From: Microcystis aeruginosa Ma_SC_T_19800800_S464 | Lineage (GTDB): Bacteria > Cyanobacteriota > Cyanobacteriia > Cyanobacteriales > Microcystaceae | DNA: 40,000 nt | Reading direction: 5' to 3' | Assembly (NCBI GenBank): GCA_007095785.1 | Contig: SFBL01000019.1 | Location: 15,207 to 55,206 of the forward strand | Shown here: piece after piece, positions 30,401 to 39,192 of the stretch | Numbering within the stretch: the first letter of the stretch is position 1 | Layout of the letters: every line of letters begins with the position of its first letter | The notes under the pieces: model-generated | Database searches by the model: none | Told to the model about the DNA's origin: nothing | Seen by the model: only the letters and a program-made list of their open reading frames with translations | Program-made: the position numbers and the translations under genes

Positions 30401-33400
30401 GGTACAATACTAGGCAACCATAATAGATCCTGGTTGGCAGAAATAAGGCGAGCCATACTCAGTAATACAGGCTTAGAACCGACTTCTAGAAAACAACGAT
30501 AACCCTGATCTATTAAAGACCGAAATCCTTGACTAAACTGTACAGTACTACGCAGATGATCTACCCAATAATCAGGAGTTGTAATTTCTGAACCTACAGC
30601 TTTCCCTGTCAGATTACTAATAATCGTTAAGCTAGGTTCATGAAAAGAAATTGTTTTTAAGACCTGGTAAAAATCATCAAGAATAGGCTGCATTAAGGGA
30701 GAATGAAAAGCATGAGATACCGCTAAACGTTTAGTTTTATACCCTTGTTCAATAAAGTTTTTTTCCAGTTGCTCAACAATCTCTTTAAATCCAGAAATGA
30801 CGGTAATTGAGCCATTGGCTGAAGCAATATTAACTTGATTTTCATAAGCAGTTAGAGCGTTTGCTACCGTCTCATAATCAGCATAAATAGCGGACATACT
30901 GCCATTGTGGGGCAATTTTCCCATTAATTTACCCCGTTGAGTCACTAATTTTAAGGCATCTTCTAAAGAAAAGACTCCTGCCCAACAAGCCGCCACATAT
31001 TCCCCGATACTATGTCCTAAAAGGGCTGAAGGTTGTATTCCCCAAGATTGCCATAATTTGGCGAGGGCATATTCAAGGGAAAAAATCACCGGCTGAGTGA
31101 TTTGGGTTTCCTCTAATAACTCACTATTTTGCTCTTGAAAGATTAAATCTAAGAGAGATTTTTCTAAAAGGGGTTCTAGAATTTGATCACAAAGATCTAA
31201 TGTTTCCTTGAACACAACTTCTCGGTTATAAAGGGTTTCTCCCATGCCAGAATATTGAGAGCCTTGTCCAGAAAAGAGGAAAGCTATCTTTGGCGGACTC
31301 TCTGATAAAATCGGTCGGATTAATGAGTCAGAATTTTCACCATCTTGGTAATCAATTAAGGCTCGTTGTGCCGTGGTTATTGAGTCTGCTAAAATACAGA
31401 TTCGTTGCGGAAAAATCCCCCGCCCTGTACTGGCGGTAAAACAAACATCAGCTAAATTGATAGACTCAGTCAAAATATCTTGATAATTTCTCGCTAACTC
31501 TTGCAGCGATTTTTCAGAGCGAGCCGAAAGGGGTAATAGATAAAAATTATTCTCCGAAGGTTGAGGTAAATCAGCGTCAATTTCCCCAACAATGATATGA
31601 GCATTCGTTCCACTAAATCCAAAGGAACTTACTCCAGCAATCCTTGGACGTTCGCTGATATTCCAAGGTTTTCCTTGTACAGGAACTTCAAAAATATGAG
31701 AACTCCAATCAAAGCGGGGATTAGGATTTTTAAAGTGAAGATGAGGAGGTATTTTATGGTGTTGTAACGCTAGAACGGTTTTAATTAATCCAGCAATTCC
31801 GGCAGCCCCTTCTAAATGGCCTAAATTCGTTTTTACTGAACCAATAATTAAAGGCCGATTAGGGGAGCGTTGACCAAAAACGGCGGACATACTTTCTAAT
31901 TCAATCGGATCACCAAGGGCTGTTCCAGTGCCGTGAGCTTCGATATAATCGATTTGTTCAGGCTTGAGATTAGCACGTTTAAGGGCTTGATATAATAATT
32001 TTTCTTGAGCTTGACCATTAGGAACGGTTAGCCCACTACTTGGACCATCATGATTGACGGCTGTGCCATAAATTTTCGCCAAAATTTGGTCTCCATTCTT
32101 AACCGCTTGGCTCAATTTTTTCAGAACAACTATTCCACAGCCTTCTCCTCGCACCATGCCATTTGCGCTCTCATCAAAGGTTTTGCAATGTCCATCAGGG
32201 GCAAGCATATGGGCGCGACTTTCGATTAAAGAAATAATGGGAGTTAAAATAATATTAACCCCTCCGGCTAAAGCCAGATCGCACTCACCATTAAGTAAGG
32301 CATTATAAGCTAAATGAATCGCTACTAATGAGGAGGAACAAGCGGTGTCAATAGTCATTGATGGACCCTGTAAACCCAGGACATAAGAAAGACGACCCGC
32401 CGCCATACTAACAGAAGTTCCTGAACCAGTATAAGCATTAATGGCTTGAGGAGAATAACTTAATTGGGCATAATCTTGAGTCATGCAACCGATAAAAACT
32501 CCCGTCTGACTGTTGCGTAATTTTTGGGGATTTTGTCCAGCAGATTCTAAAGCTTGCCAGGTGGTCTCTAAGAGTAAACGCTGCTGAGGATCCATGGCAA
32601 CAGATTCTCTAGGAATAATGCCAAAAAATTCTCCATCAAATTCCTCAATTTGTTCTAGAAATGCACCGTAAGGAGCGTATATTTTGCCCGGTACATCGGG
32701 ATTAGGATCATACCATGTTTCCTGATCCCAGCGATCTTGAGGAATTTCTGTTATAGCATCTTTTCCCTGTTCTAAAAGTTCCCAGAAAGATTGTAAATTC
32801 TTAGCACCGCCGGGGAATCGACAAGCCATGCCGACAATAACAATAGGATCATCATCGAGTTGTGATTTTTCTGGCTGTTTTTGAGAAATTTCTGCTTTTA
32901 TTTGAGGGTTAAATACCAGTTGAGAATTATCTAGAACTTCTCGCTGTAAATAATTAGCTAAGGCTTCAACATTCGGAAAACGAAAAGTAATCGTCGAAGG
33001 GAGAGAACAATTAAAGTCAGTTTGTAACAGATTTCGTAACTCTGTAGAAGTGAGAGAGTCCATCCCCAAATCAAAAAAGCCCTGTTGAGGGGAAAAAGTT
33101 TCATCATTTGAGCGTCCTAAAACAGTAGAAACACGCATGATGATATGATTAGTTAGCCAATTAGGACGCTCTTTTAAGGTTAAATTTTGCCATTGTTTTA
33201 AAAACTCAGATGAGGGGGCAGCTTGGGGTTTTCCTTGAGGCAGAAAGTTTTTATAAAAGCTTTGATGAATATAAGGAAATTGTTGCCAGTCAATCTTAAT
33301 TACACCAGCGCGGATAATCTGATTTAGGAGAATTTTTTCCAGAGCATTAAGGGCTAAATTGGGTTTCATCGCCCCATATCCCTTAGCGGCTAATCTCTCC

Positions 33401-36400
33401 AAAACATTGCGATCTACTGCTGCACCTATTTCGCTCCAAGGACCCCAATTTATGACCGTTCCGGGTAAATGATGCGCCTGACGATAATAGATAAAAGCGT
33501 CTTCAAAGGCATTAGCTGCTGCTGCATTAGCTTGTCCAGCTGACCCAATTAAAGATACAGCAGAAGTATAACAGACAAAGAATTCTAATGGGTCATTTAG
33601 GGTGAGTTGATGAAGCAACCAAGTTCCTTTAACTTTGGGAGCTAAAACATAATTAAAGCGCTCTGGTGTTAGTCTTAATAAAGTTGTATCGTCTAAGGTT
33701 CCAGCAATGTGAAAAATGCCCCGTATAGGATATTTAGAACGGCATTCTTCTAGGACGACGTGCAGTTTTTCAGCATCAGTAATATCAAGTTCTTTGAGGG
33801 TAATTTCTGCACCACTAGAGGAGAGATTGGCTAATATTTCAGTGCTAATTCCTTCTGCCCCTCGACGACTACACAAAACTAGATTCCGCGCCCCTTTTTC
33901 AATCATCCATCGGGTTGTTGCTAATCCTAACCCCCCTGTGCCTCCTGTGATTAAATAATAGCCATCAGGACTAAAGTTGATATTTCCATCTTCAAGTTTT
34001 CTCTGCACTAAACGGGGATAAAAACGCTGTTCCCCCCGCAAAGCAACCCGGGTTTCTTGGGGATTACTGTAGATTTCTTGCAGCAGTTTGTCTGCTGGGT
34101 TTACTTCATCTGGATCTAGGTCAATTGCCTTGAAATTAAGTTCAGGATGTTCTAAGACTAGGCTGAAGGCTATTCCTAATAAGGAGGCTTGAGAGGGAGA
34201 GGTTAGGGTTTTAATGGCTTTTGCTGGTACTGCTCCTTGAGTCACTAAAATCAGAGCCGGCGGATTTTCTTGCTGCAATAATGCTTGTAAGAAAAAGAGA
34301 AATCGTTGACAATGAATCTCGACTTGTTGATCAATTTCTCCAGGGATTTTTTCTAAGCCCCAGAAGTACAGTATTTGACGAGTTTCTGAAGTTATCGAGT
34401 TTCTCAATATTGATAGGTAATCTTCAGCAATCTCCGGGTTAATATCTTTGGAAAAGACGCAAGAACAACTTATTCCTCTCTGTTGGAATAGAGGGATTAA
34501 ACCGTTAGCAATTCCTTGACTATCTGCCCAGATTATTTGATGAGAGTAAGATTTTGCTGGCAGAGAAGGTAATTGCTCACTGCTTCTACCAATAATGACA
34601 CTTTGTTTTAATAAATTTCGGGTTTTTGCTTGGCTTGGTTCGATAATATTGATGTCTTCAAATTGATTCTCAATTAGTAAATTTTGCCAATCTTTTGTGC
34701 TGATTAACGGATAACCATTCCGCCGCAGATCTTGACTACATAACCACCATCCTTCTGTCAAGCCAAAGGTTAAATCTACCCAACGTCTTGCCCCTGTACT
34801 TTCTAAGAGGATTAGTAGTCCCTTGGGAGCGATGAGAGAGCGCACATTTTCAAGGGTTTTTTGAAGGTTGGCTGTGGCATGAAGAACATTAGCGGCAATG
34901 ATTATGTCAAAACTGCCAGGGAGAAAATCTTGAGTAAAGGGATTTTTTTCAATGTCTAAAGTTTGATATTTAATAAAGGGATAGTTTCTAAAATTTTCCT
35001 TGGCTCTTGTTAAGAAACTAGAGGAAATATCGGTGAATACATATTCGATATGTTCTTTGGGTAAGTGAGGTAAAAGGCCAGCAGTAGCGGCTCCTGTGCC
35101 TCCTCCAATTTCGAGAATTCTTAGGGGATAATAGGGGGGGAAATTTGCAATAGCACGGCTGATTGTGGTGGCGACTAACTGATTCATCAATTTAGCTCCG
35201 GCGGCTTCCGAATAAATTGATGCGATCGCTTCTAAATCCCCTTGAGGAAAGAGTAATTCTAATGGATCAACTTGACGACTCATGACTTCGGCTAAAGCAG
35301 AGCCACAACGCTCCATTAGACTAATTTCTGCTGGATAATCGGCAAATTCTTGGCGGAGAATTTTAATTTGCGATGGCGATGAAGGTGCTTCTAATTCTTT
35401 GACGAATAACCAGCCATCTTTTGTCTGATTAACGATTTTTTCTTCAGCTAAAATACTTAAACATCGAGATAATAAAGGTCGGTAAAAATCGACAATTTGA
35501 CCTTGATTTGCTATCTGTGCTTCGGAATAAGTTTGACCTAATTTTGGCTGTCCATTAAGTTTTGTTAAGGCTTCCCAAATATAGGTTACGCTTAACTTTT
35601 CCAAGGCCTCCATTAAGCTCTCATATTGCCCCAATTTTTCCCCTAGTTGTTGTTCTAACTGTGCGGGGTGAATTTGATTTTTAATCACCTGGGGAGCTAC
35701 TAAAGTTTCTCTACCATTCCCTAATAATTCCTCGCAATGCATCCATTCTTCTAGATAGATTTTAGGGGGTATTTCTTGGGGGATAATCTCTTGAGATTGA
35801 ACGGCTTTTAGTTCTAAGTTGATGAGGGATGCCAAGGGTTGACCTTGGGGGGAATAGATATCAATATCAGCGATAATAATGTTAGGGTTAGGGGAGGAGT
35901 TTTTCAGTCGAACCGCGCTGATTACCTGCTCATCAGGAGGGTGGAAAAATGCCAATTGCCCAAGGCGAACAGGAACATAAGTTACTGAGGATTCTTCTTT
36001 AAATAAAATGGCAGCAATCCCTTGAAAACAAGCGTCTAACATAGCTGGATGAAAATGATATTTTTCCCGCTCTAGTCTATCGGTTAATTTGATTTGAGCA
36101 AAAGCTGCATTTTCTCCGCGCTTTAGTTGATGAATGAGCCGAAAGTTACTCCCGTAATTTATCCCTGATTTTTGATAAGTTTCATAAAAGGAGTTGATAT
36201 CGACTTCTTCAGAACATTTTTTTACGATTTCTTCTAGATGACAATGGGTTAAATTAGTTGATTTCAATTCCTCAATTGTTCCAGTAACTAATACTTCCCA
36301 ATTTGGCTCAAGTGCATGGTAAATTTTAAAGCTTTTTTGCTCAATGATTAACTGTAATGTGTCTTCCGTATCTTTTAAAATTAATGCCTTCTTAAATTCA

Positions 36401-39192
36401 ACATTTTCTAAAATAACTTTTTGATTCTCCCCAGCAGCTAAGGCCATTTCTATTAAGGCAGATGCTGGCAATATGGCCTGATCAAAAACCTGATGTTCTC
36501 CTAAAAATGCAGGTTTATGTTGACTAATGCTCCCTCGATATTGAAGCAGAGCTAAGGGAGAAGGAAAATGCTCGCCTAGTAAGGGATGTCCAGAGTAATA
36601 ATTAGGGTTTTTATAGCTAGAAGACTCTGATTTATTGCCAGAATTTATCCAGTAGCGTTTGCGGATAAAAGGCGAATTAGGTAAACTAATTTTTTGCCCT
36701 GGATGTGAGCGATGGAAGGCTTCCCAGTTAATATTAAATCCTCTCACATAAAGTTGACCTAGCACCCTTTGCTCATGGTGGTCACTGTGACAATCTTTCC
36801 CTAAACTAGATAACCATAGAATTGAATTTACCCCTAACTTTTGACGACCTATATTAATGAGATTGGCACCGATTCCCATTTCTAGGAAGATTTGATATCC
36901 CATTTGATGCAAAGTAGAAATTCCCTGGGCGATTTCGTCGGATTTCTGCCTAATCCTTTCCCCTCTATTAACTGAATTTGTGAGAGATTTTTTCACAACT
37001 TCACCCTGATAAATTAGGGTAATATCGGGAGAGTTATAATCGACTTCTGTGGTGCTTTTAAGTAAGGATAAAAGGTCTTCTGAGTTGGGGTTTTGTGGGC
37101 TAATTCTGGTGCGTTTCGCCACCAGCTTGACGGTATCTTCAAGGGAAAAAACGCCCGCTTGTTGAGCGGCGAGATATTCCCCTAATCCAGAACCTAAAAT
37201 TGCAGAAGGAGAAATTCCCCACGATTTCCAGAGTTCACAAAGAGCATATTGATAGGCAAATAATAACGGTTGTACAGACAAAGGAATCTGAGGCTCTAAG
37301 GCTTTTTTAGATGACAATAATTCCTGAAGAGAAAATTCTAAATATTTTTTAAACAGATGATCGCACTGCCTAAAAGCATCATGAAATACTGGCTCATTAT
37401 TGAGCAGGGTTTCAATGATTTCTGGGATTTCTGGACTAATTTCTTGCTCGTCATTGCAGAGAAAAGCAATTTTAGGATTGCTTTGCGCTTCTCCATAAAT
37501 AATGTCGAAGCTATTATTTTGAAAGTGCTTTTCATCCCCATCGCTCTTGAGAAAAGCCTGAATTCCTTGGCGCAGACTCTCTTGATTAGAAACTAAAAGA
37601 GCAAGGCGGTGTTTATGGGGAAAACGACCGGTATTTAAAGATAGAGCAATGTCCTTGACGTTGAGAGCTTTTTTCTGCTCAAGATAATCTACAAATTGAG
37701 TCGTAAAAAGACGTAAACGTTCGGGTTCTTTAGCCGAAAAAGTAACGAGAATGGGGGATATTTTCGGTTTTTGGGATTGCGGTTGAGGCGGTTCGCTTAA
37801 AATAACATGAGCGTTGGTTCCCGATGCTCCAAAAGAACTGACTCCAGCCGCTTTGAGCTTGCCATTGTTAACATTCCAAGGACAATTTTGCGTGACGATA
37901 CTAATCGGCAAGGCATCCCAATTAATATGAGGATTGGGTTTTTTAAGGTTTAGATGAGCCGGAATTTCACGGTAGTGTAGCGATAATGCGGTTTTAATTA
38001 ATCCTGAAATTCCCGCCGCCGCCGCCAGATGACCTAAATTAGTTTTGAGAGAACCGACTAATAAAGGGTTAGATTTGCGACGATTGACGCATAATGCCTC
38101 GGCTATGGCTTTAATTTCGATGGGATCTCCCAAAGATGTTCCTGTACCGTGAGCTTCAACATAATCGATAGCCTCGGCATCTAAACGAGCGTCAGCTAGA
38201 GCTTCTCTGATTAATTCTCTCTGTACGGGCCCATTAGGAACGGTAAAGCCGCCACTGGCTCCATCGTTGTTGACTGCGGTCCCTCGAATCACTGCCCAAA
38301 TGTGATCACCATCTTCCAGAGCGTCACTGAGTCTTTTTAAGACGATGACTCCGCAACCTTCGCCGATTCCAAACCCATCGGCACTTTCGTCAAAAGTTTT
38401 GCATTGGCCATCTGGGGCCAACATCTGATTGCGGCACAAGGAGATGACGACTTCTGGAGTTAAAACTAAGTTCACTCCTCCGACTAAAGCTTGTCTGCAT
38501 TCTTGGGAACGCAAGGAACGGCAAGCGAGATGAACAGCGACTAAGGAGGAAGAGCAAGCGGTATCTACTGCCAAACTCGGACCATTAAGATTTAAAAGGT
38601 AAGAAATACGCCCAGCTGCCGCGTTAGTATGATTGCCCGAAATATGATAGGCTCCGATGGCATTATAGTCCTCATTTGAGGTAAGAATACGGGCATAGTC
38701 ATTATTAGTAATCCCGATAAAAACCCCTGTTTTTCCCCTCCTAGCTGTCGTTGTTGCCATTCCTGCATTTTCCAAAGCTTCATAGGCTACCTCTAAAAGC
38801 AATCTTTGCTGAGGATCCATAGCGACGGCTTCCTTGGGAGCAATTCCGAAAAAATGGGCATCAAACTGGGAGACATCATCGAGAAAACCCCCCTGAGAAA
38901 CATAGATTTTACCCACTTTATTCCGATCTGAATCATAAAAATCCTGCTGGTTCCAGCGCTCATTAGGTATTGCTCTGAGGTGATTTTTACCCGCTTTCAG
39001 GAAAGACCAGAAGGATTCAGGTGTCGCAATATTATGACCGAAACGACAACCTAAACCCACGATAGCTAAAGGTTCGCTTTGTTGAGACTCGAAAGCTTTT
39101 AATTTTTCTTTAGCTTCACTAAGAGCTTTAAAAACTCTAGTTTGGATTGATTGCTCGTTTTCGGATAAGTTCTTTTTATCTTGAAAGTCCAT
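27487..39192 (-). CDS. mcyD: Microcystin synthetase D: bimodular type I PKS (KS-AT*-DH-CM-KR-ACP / KS-AT-DH-KR-ACP; AT* is degenerate)
   Basis: Module 1 has KS1 DTACSSS (Cys 38554-38556), an AT-like remnant (36868-37476) and DH1 HPLLGEHFPSP (36556-36588). It also has CM ILEIGGGTGAAT (35083-35118), KR1 YYLITGGTGGLG (33919-33960) and ACP1 GMDSL (Ser 33055-33057). Module 2 has KS2 DTACSSS (Cys 32338-32340) and AT2 GQGSQ, GHSIGE (Ser 31009-31011) and HAFHS. It continues with DH2 (His motif at 30172-30213) and KR2 ITGGGGKLG (28607-28642, Tyr 28210-28212). It ends with ACP2 GLNSL (Ser 27745-27747). The start is set at ATG 39190-39192 (MDFQDKK..., 3901 aa), because the track start 39348 is a GTG whose 52-aa extension has no PKS character. 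Confidence 0.96.
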   Translation of the reverse strand: MDFQDKKNLSENEQSIQTRVFKALSEAKEKLKAFESQQSEPLAIVGLGCRFGHNIATPESFWSFLKAGKNHLRAIPNERWNQQDFYDSDRNKVGKIYVSQGGFLDDVSQFDAHFFGIAPKEAVAMDPQQRLLLEVAYEALENAGMATTTARRGKTGVFIGITNNDYARILTSNEDYNAIGAYHISGNHTNAAAGRISYLLNLNGPSLAVDTACSSSLVAVHLACRSLRSQECRQALVGGVNLVLTPEVVISLCRNQMLAPDGQCKTFDESADGFGIGEGCGVIVLKRLSDALEDGDHIWAVIRGTAVNNDGASGGFTVPNGPVQRELIREALADARLDAEAIDYVEAHGTGTSLGDPIEIKAIAEALCVNRRKSNPLLVGSLKTNLGHLAAAAGISGLIKTALSLHYREIPAHLNLKKPNPHINWDALPISIVTQNCPWNVNNGKLKAAGVSSFGASGTNAHVILSEPPQPQSQKPKISPILVTFSAKEPERLRLFTTQFVDYLEQKKALNVKDIALSLNTGRFPHKHRLALLVSNQESLRQGIQAFLKSDGDEKHFQNNSFDIIYGEAQSNPKIAFLCNDEQEISPEIPEIIETLLNNEPVFHDAFRQCDHLFKKYLEFSLQELLSSKKALEPQIPLSVQPLLFAYQYALCELWKSWGISPSAILGSGLGEYLAAQQAGVFSLEDTVKLVAKRTRISPQNPNSEDLLSLLKSTTEVDYNSPDITLIYQGEVVKKSLTNSVNRGERIRQKSDEIAQGISTLHQMGYQIFLEMGIGANLINIGRQKLGVNSILWLSSLGKDCHSDHHEQRVLGQLYVRGFNINWEAFHRSHPGQKISLPNSPFIRKRYWINSGNKSESSSYKNPNYYSGHPLLGEHFPSPLALLQYRGSISQHKPAFLGEHQVFDQAILPASALIEMALAAGENQKVILENVEFKKALILKDTEDTLQLIIEQKSFKIYHALEPNWEVLVTGTIEELKSTNLTHCHLEEIVKKCSEEVDINSFYETYQKSGINYGSNFRLIHQLKRGENAAFAQIKLTDRLEREKYHFHPAMLDACFQGIAAILFKEESSVTYVPVRLGQLAFFHPPDEQVISAVRLKNSSPNPNIIIADIDIYSPQGQPLASLINLELKAVQSQEIIPQEIPPKIYLEEWMHCEELLGNGRETLVAPQVIKNQIHPAQLEQQLGEKLGQYESLMEALEKLSVTYIWEALTKLNGQPKLGQTYSEAQIANQGQIVDFYRPLLSRCLSILAEEKIVNQTKDGWLFVKELEAPSSPSQIKILRQEFADYPAEISLMERCGSALAEVMSRQVDPLELLFPQGDLEAIASIYSEAAGAKLMNQLVATTISRAIANFPPYYPLRILEIGGGTGAATAGLLPHLPKEHIEYVFTDISSSFLTRAKENFRNYPFIKYQTLDIEKNPFTQDFLPGSFDIIIAANVLHATANLQKTLENVRSLIAPKGLLILLESTGARRWVDLTFGLTEGWWLCSQDLRRNGYPLISTKDWQNLLIENQFEDINIIEPSQAKTRNLLKQSVIIGRSSEQLPSLPAKSYSHQIIWADSQGIANGLIPLFQQRGISCSCVFSKDINPEIAEDYLSILRNSITSETRQILYFWGLEKIPGEIDQQVEIHCQRFLFFLQALLQQENPPALILVTQGAVPAKAIKTLTSPSQASLLGIAFSLVLEHPELNFKAIDLDPDEVNPADKLLQEIYSNPQETRVALRGEQRFYPRLVQRKLEDGNINFSPDGYYLITGGTGGLGLATTRWMIEKGARNLVLCSRRGAEGISTEILANLSSSGAEITLKELDITDAEKLHVVLEECRSKYPIRGIFHIAGTLDDTTLLRLTPERFNYVLAPKVKGTWLLHQLTLNDPLEFFVCYTSAVSLIGSAGQANAAAANAFEDAFIYYRQAHHLPGTVINWGPWSEIGAAVDRNVLERLAAKGYGAMKPNLALNALEKILLNQIIRAGVIKIDWQQFPYIHQSFYKNFLPQGKPQAAPSSEFLKQWQNLTLKERPNWLTNHIIMRVSTVLGRSNDETFSPQQGFFDLGMDSLTSTELRNLLQTDFNCSLPSTITFRFPNVEALANYLQREVLDNSQLVFNPQIKAEISQKQPEKSQLDDDPIVIVGMACRFPGGAKNLQSFWELLEQGKDAITEIPQDRWDQETWYDPNPDVPGKIYAPYGAFLEQIEEFDGEFFGIIPRESVAMDPQQRLLLETTWQALESAGQNPQKLRNSQTGVFIGCMTQDYAQLSYSPQAINAYTGSGTSVSMAAGRLSYVLGLQGPSMTIDTACSSSLVAIHLAYNALLNGECDLALAGGVNIILTPIISLIESRAHMLAPDGHCKTFDESANGMVRGEGCGIVVLKKLSQAVKNGDQILAKIYGTAVNHDGPSSGLTVPNGQAQEKLLYQALKRANLKPEQIDYIEAHGTGTALGDPIELESMSAVFGQRSPNRPLIIGSVKTNLGHLEGAAGIAGLIKTVLALQHHKIPPHLHFKNPNPRFDWSSHIFEVPVQGKPWNISERPRIAGVSSFGFSGTNAHIIVGEIDADLPQPSENNFYLLPLSARSEKSLQELARNYQDILTESINLADVCFTASTGRGIFPQRICILADSITTAQRALIDYQDGENSDSLIRPILSESPPKIAFLFSGQGSQYSGMGETLYNREVVFKETLDLCDQILEPLLEKSLLDLIFQEQNSELLEETQITQPVIFSLEYALAKLWQSWGIQPSALLGHSIGEYVAACWAGVFSLEDALKLVTQRGKLMGKLPHNGSMSAIYADYETVANALTAYENQVNIASANGSITVISGFKEIVEQLEKNFIEQGYKTKRLAVSHAFHSPLMQPILDDFYQVLKTISFHEPSLTIISNLTGKAVGSEITTPDYWVDHLRSTVQFSQGFRSLIDQGYRCFLEVGSKPVLLSMARLISANQDLLWLPSIVPGQDEQAQMYRSLATLFVNGYSVDWTTVFKQGKRIILPTYPFQRERYWLSNSEFSLGQIKTQLHPFIKDFKKLATGDMIFEGEVSYLNPSYLEEHQVFDNIVFPATGFIEAILAASQKIFNGHFVTLQNVSIHQGLLLSPTPLIVQIIFRPKKSSQLIYTFEIFSSDSAQEKWVLHVTGEVKPKEIQSLAASELTQTKLERENPKESISIREFYELYQQMGIRYGEQFQAIQELYSFKKGSQAKISINPSLADRRYHFHPVLLDACLQSIGAAFPEIHGQELHLPYGFSSLEIFLNPTSQVWTEVQVISDTNGEMRVNVNIYNEQEQLCARFTDLTARRINPDILQSLWQEKSNNCFYKVEWKKLSSMPTVAVDPQNSWLVLVRPETNLNSLINLYKKAGEKVITVEMGQNYQCHSQDYFVINPAQKSDFQRLYQEAYPSGEFPTGVVFCWESSEAEDVLDTVDQSSHAVLNLVQTLTNNWEKLPHLWLITRGANKMSNDTALSPQQSHLWGLGAVINQEYPKMGCVCLDLPIHKEANEDELLFNELKCFPHEFRLALRQGTRYAARLVSASLPISEKRQFINQSGAYLITGGGGKLGGLVAQWLSEMGASHLVLCSRHVKSSTELIASLVEKGTKVTLIEADITSPTDMKNLFSRFGADLPVLRGIIHAAAVLEDGLISNQSWQKYQKVISPKVAGTLLLDRYTRSLSLDFFVSFSSAAVILGSPGQSNYAAANAFLDALMQQRQSLGLPGISINWGAWETGNQIDQQRFANWGLQMMPSEQAFQYLSQVILGDITQGIVLDIDWSIFNQTFNISQPFFSEVLTLNNQKQTSPAKLLEQLKSVSIDERITALVEGLEKILREVTGLNENKVIPQQTSFLDLGLNSLMVIEFKNRLERDLGCKLPSSIIFDYPNLLSLSTYLREQILANHLDFEIKINPIPDNHSPYDNLSEDELARLLNQKLTELDQYGG
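36868..37476 (-). other. Degenerate acyltransferase-like region of McyD module 1 (about residues 573-775)
   Basis: The region aligns by eye to the other three ATs in the window. FLFTGQGSQ is replaced by FLCNDEQEIS, and GHSxGEY by GSGLGEY (37180-37194, with Gly at the serine position, 37186-37188). About 65-70 residues that should include the small subdomain and the HAFHS histidine are absent. Confidence 0.7.

Noticed and set aside
1208-38783. About 25 short ORFs (60-121 aa) in the track lie inside the large genes. Most are antisense (for example 1208-1402, 2387-2752, 4342-4572, 9028-9243, 21395-21604, 25955-26212, 33716-33958, 37357-37596). Some are on the same strand in another frame (10328-10558, 37338-37541, 38592-38783).
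   Set aside because: All are fully embedded in strongly supported coding regions. They have low-complexity or odd composition and no recognisable motifs. They are typical shadow ORFs.
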